Of a DNA stretch of 64,000 nucleotides, positions 8,521 through 18,753 are shown one piece after another. The notes under the pieces were generated by a model that was given only the letters and a program-made list of their open reading frames with translations, made no database searches and was not told the DNA's origin. How positions within the stretch are numbered: the stretch's first letter is position 1; the number at the start of each line of letters is the position of its first letter. Position numbers and translations under genes: made by a program. Source of the DNA: an uncultured virus (IMG/VR IMGVR_UViG_3300042874_000014) (lineage: Duplodnaviria; Heunggongvirae; Uroviricota; Caudoviricetes; Crassvirales); IMG/VR virus record IMGVR_UViG_3300042874_000014; one strand, given 5' to 3'.

Positions 8521-8618
8521 TAAGTTGTTAACTAAGACATAACCGAGTAGTACACAAATGAATATTGTAAATCTAATATCGTTAATGTATCAGATTACTG
8601 TTATTAGTTAACAACTTA
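8521..8618. other. long intergenic inverted repeat (15-bp perfect stem)
   Basis: taagttgttaactaa (8521-8535) / ttagttaacaactta (8604-8618). Confidence 0.75.
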
Positions 8619-8653
8619 ATAGTTCACTTATATTTATTTAAACAATAATAACA

Positions 8654-8929
8654 ATGAATAAGCAGATAGATATTAAAACACAAGCTGAATTAATCGAGTT
8701 TATAAATAAGAAACTTAGATTAAGTATAAGTAGTGATTTATTAGTTACCCGTTGTAATACGTTACATAGAATATACGATTTGCTAAAGAAGTATAATATT
8801 ACTAGAAGAGTACTAAAACCTTACTATAACGAATCTATCATATGGGACGTAAAGACTAGATGGTGCACATTAGAAATCATGCTAAATAATAAGATTATAG
8901 CTATACGAACGTTTAGTAGATTAATATGA
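8654..8929 (+). CDS. hypothetical protein
   Basis: First of a run of overlapping small ORFs. Confidence 0.65.
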   Translation: MNKQIDIKTQAELIEFINKKLRLSISSDLLVTRCNTLHRIYDLLKKYNITRRVLKPYYNESIIWDVKTRWCTLEIMLNNKIIAIRTFSRLI

Positions 8930-9198
8930 GTAATTATAAATCAAAGGAATTAATAGAGTTACCTTACGGTTTACTTATTATGAGTAAGCGGTATAAAGAT
9001 AATCAGTTATTCCTGAAAGCGAAGTGTAAAGTAAACTGTAGTGTTATATATCGTAACTATATGGTTCTAACAGTAGATGAACAAAGTAGTGTTCAAATAG
9101 ACAATCTATATCATGCGTTTGCGATTAAAGTAAACGCTGATTTAGATTTTATGGAAGAATTAGAAGTAAGTATGAAACCATTAAATCATAACAAATGA
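8926..9198 (+). CDS. hypothetical protein
   Basis: ATGA overlap with neighbours. Confidence 0.65.
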   Translation: MSNYKSKELIELPYGLLIMSKRYKDNQLFLKAKCKVNCSVIYRNYMVLTVDEQSSVQIDNLYHAFAIKVNADLDFMEELEVSMKPLNHNK

Positions 9199-9497
9199 CA
9201 AGAATTAAACGTAAGCTTATAGCTGTTGATGTAGTAGTACCATCAAATATAGCTGATTATGTTAGGCGAAGATTAGGTATAAAGTTTCTTAACGACGATT
9301 CAGATAATTCATTTCAAGTACCTACCGAAACACAATTAAGACGAGTACATAAATTGCTATCTAATCGAGATATTAAACATTACGTGATAACAGGTAATAT
9401 ATTGACTAATGAATCACATAATAAAACATATTTGTTTTTTATTGTAGAATTAGTAGATAGTGTAGTTCATGTGAGATGTTATAATACGGATAACTAA
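9195..9497 (+). CDS. hypothetical protein
   Basis: ATGA overlap. Confidence 0.65.
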   Translation: MTRIKRKLIAVDVVVPSNIADYVRRRLGIKFLNDDSDNSFQVPTETQLRRVHKLLSNRDIKHYVITGNILTNESHNKTYLFFIVELVDSVVHVRCYNTDN

Positions 9498-9500
9498 GTT

Positions 9501-9767
9501 ATGAGTACAGATAATCAAACAGGCGTAGATACTGACACAGTAACTAGCACAATTCAAACACTAAGTATCGAAACTGTCATAAGCGACAATGAAGTAATAA
9601 TATTATCGACTATTGAAGTTGATGGTGGTCAAATGTTTACTATGAAAGTCTATAATATAGAGAATGATACACAGATTATAGCGGTGTCTAGTTTAGATAT
9701 AGTTGTAGACGTGATTCGAGAATATCAAAGGAAATTAAAAATGTTAAACTCTAACGTTAATAAATAA
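9501..9767 (+). CDS. hypothetical protein
   Basis: Operonic spacing. Confidence 0.65.
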   Translation: MSTDNQTGVDTDTVTSTIQTLSIETVISDNEVIILSTIEVDGGQMFTMKVYNIENDTQIIAVSSLDIVVDVIREYQRKLKMLNSNVNK

Positions 9768-9770
9768 GCT

Positions 9771-10553
9771 ATGATTATAGGAATAAGCGGAAGAATGCAA
9801 GTAGGTAAAGACCTAACTGCACAGATGATACAGGTCATAACCAGTAGTAGTCCGTTAAGTAAAGCCGACACTGCTTATAGAAGAGTATGTGAAAGAAACG
9901 CATTGACAATAAACGGCTATCATAATAGTCCTTTTAAAGTAGTTAAATTCGCAGATGTTATTAAGGATATAGTATGTATTCTTACAGGTTGTACTAGAGA
10001 TAACCTTGAAGATAACGAATTTAAAGAATCGCTATTACCCGAAGAATGGATTAGGTACGGAGTTGCTAACGGGTTTATAAAAAAGTATGAAGGTGATGGT
10101 GAAATGCGTATGCCGATAATGATTAATGAGCAATGCAGTAAAGAACGATATACTGAAGAGCTTAATACTAATTGGCAAACAGCATACAAGTCGCACTTAA
10201 CATATAGAGGGTTATTACAACACGTAGGTACTGATTTGTTTAGAGTTAATTTACATGATAACACATGGATTAACGCACTAATGAATAAATATACCGCTGG
10301 TGAATATTGGTTAATATCCGATGTACGATTCCCAAATGAAATTGCAGCGATTAAGTCTAAAGATGCTGATAGTAAGATATTAGCTATCGTAAGAGACATG
10401 GATTATCGACATGACCATATATCTGAAACAGCACTATCCGATTACGAATTTGAACATACTATTGCAAATAACGGTAGTAAACATGAATTATTCGATAATG
10501 TACTAGCTTGGGTAAAGATTAATTACCCAGATTATGTTACATTCAAAGAATAA
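9771..10553 (+). CDS. deoxynucleoside monophosphate kinase
   Basis: MIIGISGRMQVGKD P-loop; R.LLQ.VGTD..R, NTWIN, ISDVRFPNE, H.SE motifs. Confidence 0.9.
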   Translation: MIIGISGRMQVGKDLTAQMIQVITSSSPLSKADTAYRRVCERNALTINGYHNSPFKVVKFADVIKDIVCILTGCTRDNLEDNEFKESLLPEEWIRYGVANGFIKKYEGDGEMRMPIMINEQCSKERYTEELNTNWQTAYKSHLTYRGLLQHVGTDLFRVNLHDNTWINALMNKYTAGEYWLISDVRFPNEIAAIKSKDADSKILAIVRDMDYRHDHISETALSDYEFEHTIANNGSKHELFDNVLAWVKINYPDYVTFKE

Positions 10554-10558
10554 GATTA

Positions 10559-10660
10559 GGGTTAAACGTATAAAACACTTGGGTAAGCTACAATAGTTTA
10601 AGTGTTTCCTGATGTAGCGATACATAAAGGTTTCTATCGGTTCGAATCCGAATAACCCAC
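10559..10660 (+). ncRNA. tRNA-like RNA (non-canonical or pseudo-tRNA)
   Basis: T-arm tcgg-TTCGAAT-ccga, 3' taaccc pairing with 5' gggtta, and an atgta-GCGA-tacat hairpin; no canonical anticodon arm. Confidence 0.55.
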
Positions 10661-10683
10661 AAACATTTTAAATTAAATTAACT

Positions 10684-11517
10684 ATGGCACGAAAAAGAAC
10701 AGTAGCTAAAAGCATCAATGAGTTTTTTAATGCTTTCATTAATGAGAATAGTACGATAACTAAGTACAAGGATTACAAAATAGAACGACATAGTAATGCT
10801 ATACTACTTAGATACAAGTTTAATAGAATTGTAGCAATATTTGATACTACTAATATGCTTGTAATGTCTATTAAAAATTATAACCACAGTTGGCGTTTAA
10901 GTAATTTTATTATGAATGCTTACAGTACAGATGAAGTATTGCATTTAATGGTAAGTATTTGTAACAAGTTCGATGATGTACACGTTAAAGATAATGTTGT
11001 TACAATTCCGTATGATGTAATCGTAACATCATTTGTTCGTACATATATTGCCGATAGAGTTATAGAACGTGCTCACCGTGAGTATAATCAGATATACGGT
11101 AACGGTAGAGTATCGTTAGATAGTAGCACTAGAAGTAGTATTGCATATTTGCGAAACAAAGTAGATAAAGTATTATACAGATTGCGTAAAACATCATTCA
11201 TTAAGCCTATAAAGATAAGTCTTAGTAGTCGCATAACTTTGAATGAATATATGTTAGTATATACTAATAAATCATTTAAACCTGACCGTAAATTATTAAC
11301 ATACGTTGGTAGTCTAAACAATTTATTGTACAATGGTTTGTTTTCAAGCTATGAATACGGAATAGTAGATATGAAAAATTGGATAGCTAAGATGAACGTA
11401 TTGCACCGATTTATTAAATTAGATAGCAAAGCTAAGCAAGTTGAATTTAAGACAAATAAAGCTTTCTGGGAAGCCGAATACAAAATATATGCAGTCCAAA
11501 AACATACTTCCAACTGA
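10684..11517 (+). CDS. hypothetical basic protein
   Basis: 277-aa ORF. Confidence 0.75.
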   Translation: MARKRTVAKSINEFFNAFINENSTITKYKDYKIERHSNAILLRYKFNRIVAIFDTTNMLVMSIKNYNHSWRLSNFIMNAYSTDEVLHLMVSICNKFDDVHVKDNVVTIPYDVIVTSFVRTYIADRVIERAHREYNQIYGNGRVSLDSSTRSSIAYLRNKVDKVLYRLRKTSFIKPIKISLSSRITLNEYMLVYTNKSFKPDRKLLTYVGSLNNLLYNGLFSSYEYGIVDMKNWIAKMNVLHRFIKLDSKAKQVEFKTNKAFWEAEYKIYAVQKHTSN

Positions 11518-11788
11518 TAAAGACATATACACGAAATTAGCGTATTTAGAGGAAGATATATATAATATTCTCGTATCTACTCAAGACGCTGATTTTATAA
11601 GGTATGTACTAGATGATTTCTTCTATAATGAGTTAAATGGTGATATTAGATTAAGGCATTTACTAAACCTTAGTGTTATTATTGCTCATATAATGATATT
11701 AAATACACCAGCGGCTATAATAGATATTAAAGACCAGAGAGGTTACGAGAAATGGATAAAGAATAGTTATGAACAATTAATACAATAA
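11489..11788 (+). CDS. hypothetical protein
   Basis: Likely ATG start MQSKN within the 115-aa ORF. Confidence 0.6.
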   Translation: MQSKNILPTDKDIYTKLAYLEEDIYNILVSTQDADFIRYVLDDFFYNELNGDIRLRHLLNLSVIIAHIMILNTPAAIIDIKDQRGYEKWIKNSYEQLIQ

Positions 11789-11791
11789 GAT

Positions 11792-12220
11792 ATGCTTAAT
11801 TTTAATAAACCGGTATTGACTATAAATACTACATCTAAGAAGTATAAAGATAGTATTTTAAATAAACAAGTTATACCCGTAGCCGATGCTGAACCAATAG
11901 TGCATTGTAAAGTTATAGGTAAAATAAGACCTAATAACATATGGGTTGTTGTATTAGATGGTGAACATGAAGGCAAAGAGCTTAAATTAACCGATAACTC
12001 TTATAACTTTGACCGTTATCCTTTACATAAGGAATACTTGTGTATCTCACGTAATATTATTCTAATGCCTGACTACAATATGGCATTTAATGATACTACT
12101 AAGAAATACTATACTTGCTTTAATAAGAGCGTAGTTATAAAAGGTAGAGTTATAAAAGGCATTAAAAGTTGTAGAGTTAGTGTTAAACAGGTAGGTCGAT
12201 TACGTAATGAGTACAACTGA
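11792..12220 (+). CDS. hypothetical protein
   Basis: 142-aa operonic ORF. Confidence 0.7.
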   Translation: MLNFNKPVLTINTTSKKYKDSILNKQVIPVADAEPIVHCKVIGKIRPNNIWVVVLDGEHEGKELKLTDNSYNFDRYPLHKEYLCISRNIILMPDYNMAFNDTTKKYYTCFNKSVVIKGRVIKGIKSCRVSVKQVGRLRNEYN

Positions 12221-12611
12221 ATTTCTGAAAGAACTAGCAACTTTTAAAGATACAGTAGTTGATATAAAACTATACTTTGAATCTACTGGTAAAACTATAC
12301 CTGAATATATTAAATTCGATTTTCAAAGTATGCTAGGTAGATTAGATATGTACTTGTTAATTAAACATAACATATCGTCTATTCTAGCTTATATCGACGA
12401 CGCTAATGATACATATATAGGTTATGTGTACGCTATGCCTGACTTAACAAATGACGGATTACACTTTGAATCTAAATGTAGATTAGGAGGTAACGTATTT
12501 AATAGAACTTGTGTCTTAATACCTAAAGTAAAATTAACAAACGAATTGATTTTAGACATGCGAATGCAAGCAATGATTAAAGTACTAGACGTAATAGAAA
12601 ATCCATTTTAA
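12207..12611 (+). CDS. hypothetical protein
   Basis: 134-aa operonic ORF. Confidence 0.7.
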   Translation: MSTTEFLKELATFKDTVVDIKLYFESTGKTIPEYIKFDFQSMLGRLDMYLLIKHNISSILAYIDDANDTYIGYVYAMPDLTNDGLHFESKCRLGGNVFNRTCVLIPKVKLTNELILDMRMQAMIKVLDVIENPF

Positions 12612-12623
12612 TACAAATAAGAT

Positions 12624-14078
12624 ATGAATGAATTTAACAAACCTGTAATATCAAGTAACGTAAAGGTAGAAGATGTAGGCGTGGCTAGTATTATAAGATT
12701 AATACCATCACAGAAGCAGATACTATACGATATGTTAGATTATATAGAATTTGAAAAAACTGATTCTAAAATAATGACACTTGAAGGTTACGCAGGCACC
12801 GGCAAGACTACTTTATTACGATTTCTAATAGATAATTTAAAGAAGTATTCTATTATAGGTTCTGCACCTACTCATAAAGCAGTAGCGGTACTCAAGAAGT
12901 CAATAAGGATAAAGACTGAAACTTTAGCTAAACTATTAGGTTTAAGACCTGATGTTAATTTAGCTGAATATACTCCTAACAATCCTGTATTCGCACAGCT
13001 AGCCGACCCTGTCGTAGCAGAGTATAACGTACTGATTGTCGATGAATGTTCTATGGTTAATACAGAACTATATAAACTAATACTTAAAGAAGCTAAAGCT
13101 TTTGGAGTATTAGTTATATTTGTAGGCGACCCGTATCAGTTACCTCCAGTACACGAACGTATATCACCGACATTCAATGTAGCTAAAAAGTTTACACTAA
13201 GTGAGATAATTAGACAAGAAGAAGGACACCCTTTATTAGAATTATTAGCTATGGCTAGAAACGATGTAGCTAATAAAGGTAATAGTTTATTAACTCATAT
13301 ATTTAGGAATGTAAATACTTCTAACATACGTGATGATATAGGTTATCGAATAAATACTTATAAATCATCATCAGTTGAGTTTAGTAATAATCTATTACAG
13401 AGTATAAACGAAGATGTTATAAACACTAAATATCTAGCTTTTACTAATGATAACGTACTATCTTGGAATAAGTATATTCGTAGTAAGATAATAGAGGATT
13501 CATCATTTCTTCATATACGTGATTTATTAACTGGTTATAACTCTATTCTTGATAATTTCAATAGTATGATTATAGCACGGTCGAATGATTATAGTATTGA
13601 TGGTGATGAATTAATAGATTACACAGACGAGCACGGATTGCATGGTAAATTAGTTCAATTAAAGAATATAGATACTAATTTCACATCACCTGTATTATTC
13701 GTATTAGACCATTCTGATAAAGAGAACGTTGAACACTTTAAAGATTTGTATTTTCCATTACTTATGTCAGCTCTTGCCGACGATAGTATAGGTAAAGTAA
13801 GAAGTAGACGATTTAAAGAATTGTATAAGTTTAAAGAAAAAGTATTATTATTAAATGATATAACTATTGGTAATGAATATGCCGCTAAAGACTTAGATTT
13901 CTATTACGGCTCAACTATTCATAAATCACAAGGTAGTACATATAATAATGTATTTATTAACTTTAAAGACATAATCTACGATAATAAAGGCAAAGTGTAT
14001 GGTAACTTACTATTACGTAATAAACTAATATATGTGGCTTTATCGAGAACAACAAAAATCGCAAACATAATAATTTAA
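12624..14078 (+). CDS. dda: SF1B (Dda/RecD-like) DNA helicase
   Basis: GYAGTGKT, APTHKA, VDECSM, GDPYQLPPV, TIHKSQGSTY, YVALSR. Confidence 0.92.
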   Translation: MNEFNKPVISSNVKVEDVGVASIIRLIPSQKQILYDMLDYIEFEKTDSKIMTLEGYAGTGKTTLLRFLIDNLKKYSIIGSAPTHKAVAVLKKSIRIKTETLAKLLGLRPDVNLAEYTPNNPVFAQLADPVVAEYNVLIVDECSMVNTELYKLILKEAKAFGVLVIFVGDPYQLPPVHERISPTFNVAKKFTLSEIIRQEEGHPLLELLAMARNDVANKGNSLLTHIFRNVNTSNIRDDIGYRINTYKSSSVEFSNNLLQSINEDVINTKYLAFTNDNVLSWNKYIRSKIIEDSSFLHIRDLLTGYNSILDNFNSMIIARSNDYSIDGDELIDYTDEHGLHGKLVQLKNIDTNFTSPVLFVLDHSDKENVEHFKDLYFPLLMSALADDSIGKVRSRRFKELYKFKEKVLLLNDITIGNEYAAKDLDFYYGSTIHKSQGSTYNNVFINFKDIIYDNKGKVYGNLLLRNKLIYVALSRTTKIANIII

Positions 14079-14089
14079 TATTTATAACT

Positions 14090-14704
14090 ATGCCGAATAA
14101 AAAAAATAACAATGACAGTTCTACACAAGAGCTTGGTGTTGATAACGATGGTAACGTCGTAGCTAAACCAATTAAAGCTAAACGTAGTAAGACACATATT
14201 CAATCAAAGTATAACAAACTATTAACTGAACCGATTAAGGCTAAACCCACTAAGTCATATACTCAATTAGAATATGACAACTTACTAGCAGAATTAGAAT
14301 CAACAAAAACAGCATTAGCTGTAAACTTAATAGATTTACAAGTTATAAAAGATTCTATTAAACTTAATGATAGTTTACGTGTAGCCGAAACAAATGAAAT
14401 AATTACACAAGTTGATGCATTAAATAAAACAATAAGAGATAACAACGCTAATATTGAAACATTAGATGCAAGGAACAATAAGTTAAATTTACATATAAAC
14501 GAATTGACATTATTGAATACTGACTTAGTAGATAAAAATAAAAAGATATTAGCGTTGGCTGATGAAAGTAATAAAATGGTAGGCTACTACACAGCAAAGA
14601 ATGATGAATTAATCAAACTAATCCATGCTGCACCTAAGCCAGTTCTATTATTTTATCGCTCTTACATATATAAACTTATGTCTACTGTCACAGGACAGAA
14701 ATAA
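14090..14704 (+). CDS. coiled-coil protein
   Basis: Heptad-rich central region. Confidence 0.7.
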   Translation: MPNKKNNNDSSTQELGVDNDGNVVAKPIKAKRSKTHIQSKYNKLLTEPIKAKPTKSYTQLEYDNLLAELESTKTALAVNLIDLQVIKDSIKLNDSLRVAETNEIITQVDALNKTIRDNNANIETLDARNNKLNLHINELTLLNTDLVDKNKKILALADESNKMVGYYTAKNDELIKLIHAAPKPVLLFYRSYIYKLMSTVTGQK

Positions 14705-15240
14705 TGAAGTGTACTAAATGTAAGTTAGCACTAGGTAGAACAAACCAAGTTACTGCATACGGTACACCTAATTCAGAAATATGGTTTATAAAGTTTGCAC
14801 CTAGTTCTGGTGAAGATAAGTTAGGTACTATAATGGGTAGTGATAAATCATATAAGTTTCTATCTCTTATGATTGAATATGGTTATGACTTTAACAATAC
14901 CTATTATACTAGCTTAACTAAGTGTAAAGGTTCATCACGTGTAACAGGTATAGAAACTGATTTATGTATAAAGAACCAACTTAAAGGTGAGATACCTGAA
15001 CCAGCACCTAAGATACTTGTTATATTGGGTATTAATACGTTTAACTTTCTAACACATACCCATACTATCAAAAAGAATAGAGATTTGTATGGTGAATGGT
15101 TTAAGGTAGGAAGATTCGATAACTGTACACTAGCACCTGATTTTACAATATCGACTAAAGATAGTGATATGGAATCTTTTAGATGGCATATTAATTCAAT
15201 TTTAACAAAGTTATCTTTGATAAACATAGTAGGCATATAA
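14704..15240 (+). CDS. uracil-DNA glycosylase family 4-like protein (catalytic motifs degenerate)
   Basis: CxxCxL...RTNQV.AYG, APSSGED..G, TSLTKC...C, PKILVILG. Confidence 0.75.
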   Translation: MKCTKCKLALGRTNQVTAYGTPNSEIWFIKFAPSSGEDKLGTIMGSDKSYKFLSLMIEYGYDFNNTYYTSLTKCKGSSRVTGIETDLCIKNQLKGEIPEPAPKILVILGINTFNFLTHTHTIKKNRDLYGEWFKVGRFDNCTLAPDFTISTKDSDMESFRWHINSILTKLSLINIVGI

Positions 15241-15262
15241 TCCCCACTTACGGGGGGTGTTC
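15233..15262 (-). repeat. dispersed CCCCCGTA motif, copy 4
   Basis: gcatataatccccacttacggggggtgtt, between the UDG-like gene and polB. Confidence 0.85.
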
Positions 15263-15269
15263 TATAAAC

Positions 15270-17306
15270 TTGAGATGTGTGGAATCTTGGATATATGATA
15301 TAGAAGTGTTACCTAATTATTTTGGAGTAACCTTTGAGAATGTGAGTAATACCGATTATAAATTATTTGAAATTTATAACGATAGAATAGGCGATGGTTC
15401 TAAGAACGATATGCTTAAACTAATAGCTTTTCTAACACCTGATAAAACAATAATAGGCTATAATAATTCAAAGTATGATGATGTTATTCTTAAATATGTA
15501 ACTAATACATTATCTAAGCGTACTGTATCGGCTATTACTAATACTAAGATATACGAACTTAGTAAAGATATCGTTGAAGGTATGAAATTAGGTTATATTT
15601 CGAATCCTATAATAGATAAACTTTATTTTAGTAAAATACCTTGTAGAACATTAGATTTAATGAAGATTCTAGCATTAGATAAACAACTTAAATCATTAAA
15701 GCAAACTCTAATTAATGTAAATTGGGAAGATATACTAGATTTCGAACCTCCCCCCGTAAGGGAGGATATTATCGCCAGAGTTTACTATGACGGCAAGAGT
15801 TTAGAATCAATTAACCGAATCAATCAGTTTAATAGATTTGTAACTGCTGATTTCATAGATGATTTACGATATTATAATCTTAATGACGTGCGTGGTACTA
15901 AACACTTGTACAAACACGTTAAAGATGAAATAAGATTACGTTATAGTATTAGTAAGCTATACGGAGTAGATGTACTTAATTCTAGTAGAAGTAATATAAG
16001 TGATATATTACTTGAAAAGTTCTATGCTTCGGCTACGGGGTTAGAACCTTACGAGTTTATCAATGAACGTACTATTAGAACTAAGATGAAGATAGGTAGT
16101 GTCATATCAGATAAGATAAACTTTAAAACAGATATATTTAAAAATTTAAAACATAAGCTAGATTCTAAAGTAATAACCAGTGTAGATGAATTAAAACAAA
16201 CTATTAACTTTAATGGTGTTTTATATGAAATGGGTGCTGGTGGATTACATAGTAAAGATAAACTGGCTATATTTAGAGAAACAGATGAGTATATAATACG
16301 AGATGTAGATGCTGCATCTTATTACCCTAATCTTATTCTGATGCTAAGACTAATACCTAAACATTTAAGGGAAGAGTTCCTTGATGTATTACGTATGATA
16401 GTAACAGAACGATTATTAGCTAAAAAGAACGGTATTCAATTAGTAGCCGAAGCGTTAAAGATTGTTATCAATTCTATATTTGGAAAGTTAGGCTCAGAGT
16501 TTAAATTCATATATGATAGACTAATGATGCTAGCTACTACTGTAAACGGTCAATTATTCTTATTCTTACTCATTGAAGATTTTGTTAGTATAGGTGTTGA
16601 ACCAATATCAGCAAATACTGATGGTATAGTATGTAAGATACCTCGTGATAAAGAAGCTGAATATTACGCAATATGCGATAGATGGAAAGATTTAACAGGT
16701 ATTGATTTAGAATATACTGATTATATTACATACGTTAGACGAGATGTTAATAATTACATAAGTGTTAAACGAGTTACATATGACCCTAAGAAGCATATAG
16801 ATATGTCTATTTACGAAGATGATAAAGGTCAATATATAAAAGATATTAAACGAAAAGGTATGTTTAATAAGTATAAACAATTCGAAGACTTAGCTAAAGG
16901 TGTAGACAAACCTATCATATCACAAGCCCTAGAAGAATACTTTGTAAATGATGTACCGATAGAGAAAACAATAAGAGAAGAAAAAGATATAACTAAGTTT
17001 TTCATAAGTCATAATACGGCTAGTAAGTACAGAAATGTATTACAAACTTTAGTAAAAGGTGAAATAGTTACTGAATATCTACAAAAGAATCTAAGATATT
17101 ATATATCCGCTAAAGGTGGTGTATTATTGAAATATTCTGATAATAGTTATACACATCAAGCTAAAGGTTTATACGTTACTGTAATGAATAAGCTAGTACG
17201 TAAAGAAAATCATTTAGATTATAATATTGATTATCCTTATTATATATCTAAAACTAGAGAAGTGATAAACGGAATTGAAGATAAACAAACAAGTATGTTT
17301 TTTTAA
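15270..17306 (+). CDS. polB: family B DNA polymerase (crAss-type)
   Basis: Exo motifs YDIEV, GYNN..YD, YNLNDV; polymerase motifs DAASYYP, KIVINSIFGK, NTDG. Confidence 0.93.
   Translation: MRCVESWIYDIEVLPNYFGVTFENVSNTDYKLFEIYNDRIGDGSKNDMLKLIAFLTPDKTIIGYNNSKYDDVILKYVTNTLSKRTVSAITNTKIYELSKDIVEGMKLGYISNPIIDKLYFSKIPCRTLDLMKILALDKQLKSLKQTLINVNWEDILDFEPPPVREDIIARVYYDGKSLESINRINQFNRFVTADFIDDLRYYNLNDVRGTKHLYKHVKDEIRLRYSISKLYGVDVLNSSRSNISDILLEKFYASATGLEPYEFINERTIRTKMKIGSVISDKINFKTDIFKNLKHKLDSKVITSVDELKQTINFNGVLYEMGAGGLHSKDKLAIFRETDEYIIRDVDAASYYPNLILMLRLIPKHLREEFLDVLRMIVTERLLAKKNGIQLVAEALKIVINSIFGKLGSEFKFIYDRLMMLATTVNGQLFLFLLIEDFVSIGVEPISANTDGIVCKIPRDKEAEYYAICDRWKDLTGIDLEYTDYITYVRRDVNNYISVKRVTYDPKKHIDMSIYEDDKGQYIKDIKRKGMFNKYKQFEDLAKGVDKPIISQALEEYFVNDVPIEKTIREEKDITKFFISHNTASKYRNVLQTLVKGEIVTEYLQKNLRYYISAKGGVLLKYSDNSYTHQAKGLYVTVMNKLVRKENHLDYNIDYPYYISKTREVINGIEDKQTSMFF
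15745..15772 (+). repeat. dispersed CCCCCGTA motif, copy 5 (inside polB)
   Basis: aacctccccccgtaagggaggatatt. Confidence 0.85.
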
Positions 17307-17318
17307 TATGAAATTATA

Positions 17319-18686
17319 ATGAATTTTAAAATAGAGTTCGCTAATATAAAGGCAGCATTAGGACAAGGGCTATACATATATAGTTCTCATAAATCTAAAT
17401 ATGAATTGATTAAACAATTTCATACCGCTGTTACATTAAATAAAGCAATAGAGCGAATAACATTTGATATAATAAGTTTTCATAGTGATATGTTATATCC
17501 TAAAAACTTCATAGAATCATTAACTTTAAAAAGTAATTTAGATAAGAGCGAACAATTAACCTATGGCGTATTTGATATATACGACGATGGTGATATCGAT
17601 AGCATGATGAATCACATTACCGTTAACGGTGGTTATAAATTCAACTTAGTATTCGTGAGTGATAATAACTTATCATTCGTGAATGAAGTAATAAAGATAT
17701 TTGTTCCTAATCTAACTATTATAAATAGTTTCTATAAGGATATATTATTCTTTAAACACACTATTAGTTTTAATGAAGCTGATGCTATTACTTATAATAA
17801 TTTAACCGATGAGGTTGATATAGGTTTAGCTAAATTTGATATAAGTGCTTTTTCAGATAATAAAGATATTAGATTTAATAACGCTTTTGAATTAATATCA
17901 GCTTGTAATAAAGGTTATGGATTTAAAGATAGTCATGGTAATTATAGAAATATGCCTGCTACATACTTTGTTAATAAGTTAGCTGAACATAATGGCTGGA
18001 ATAAAGAATTAGATAAATCGATAGATATGTTTAAAGATATTGATGATAACTTTAAACCTAGTGCCATAGTAGATAGTGCTAATGTGATAATGCGATTACT
18101 AGCAGCACGTACTACAATGCTTAATAATAACAATAGTAGACGAGAAGCTTTATTTAACTTTTTATTAAGTTATCCTAACAAGAGAATAATAATATGGGTA
18201 AACTCAACAGAGTTCGCTAATTCTGTATTGAATAAAGCGACAACCTATAATTATAATTTTAAGATTAAAGGTTACCATGATAAACTACCTAAGGAAGTAC
18301 TTAGAGATACAGATGGTAATATAATATATAAAGAAACTAAAACAGGCAAGCGTGTTGAGTCTATTATAGGTGCGAGTATTCAAAAACGCATCAATTTAGA
18401 ACGATTTGCAAATGGTGATATAAATGTATTACTTATGTCAGGCAAGCTAACCAAAGGCAAGATTCTTACCGCTAAATGTGATTTATTGCTCGTTTCGGGC
18501 AACAATTTAGACTTAGCAAATACATTATATGATAAGAATATGCAGATATTAAATGATTCCTTAAAGGTTGTTTTCATGCCTATAAGTCATTCTATTGACA
18601 AACGTAAGTTTAATAATATGCTTGCTAAATCAAGCCTAGCTTTAGAAATGGACAGACTAAACGAATTTCAACAAAGTCAGGTATAA
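17319..18686 (+). CDS. degenerate SF2 helicase-like protein
   Basis: C-terminal RecA2-like motifs RIIIWVNSTEFA, YH..L, R..LERF..GDINVL; no Walker A or DExx motif. Confidence 0.55.
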   Translation: MNFKIEFANIKAALGQGLYIYSSHKSKYELIKQFHTAVTLNKAIERITFDIISFHSDMLYPKNFIESLTLKSNLDKSEQLTYGVFDIYDDGDIDSMMNHITVNGGYKFNLVFVSDNNLSFVNEVIKIFVPNLTIINSFYKDILFFKHTISFNEADAITYNNLTDEVDIGLAKFDISAFSDNKDIRFNNAFELISACNKGYGFKDSHGNYRNMPATYFVNKLAEHNGWNKELDKSIDMFKDIDDNFKPSAIVDSANVIMRLLAARTTMLNNNNSRREALFNFLLSYPNKRIIIWVNSTEFANSVLNKATTYNYNFKIKGYHDKLPKEVLRDTDGNIIYKETKTGKRVESIIGASIQKRINLERFANGDINVLLMSGKLTKGKILTAKCDLLLVSGNNLDLANTLYDKNMQILNDSLKVVFMPISHSIDKRKFNNMLAKSSLALEMDRLNEFQQSQV

Positions 18687-18710
18687 GATTTAATGAATAT
18701 TTTTATATCT

Positions 18711-18747
18711 TTTGCTTGCATATTTAAGTTAAATGTTTTATATTTGC
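18711..18747 (+). promoter_or_regulatory. Bacteroidota sigma-type promoter
   Basis: TTTG/TTGC at -33 and TATATTTG (TAnnTTTG) at 18739-18746, just upstream of ATG 18754. Confidence 0.65.
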
Positions 18748-18753
18748 TCTTAT

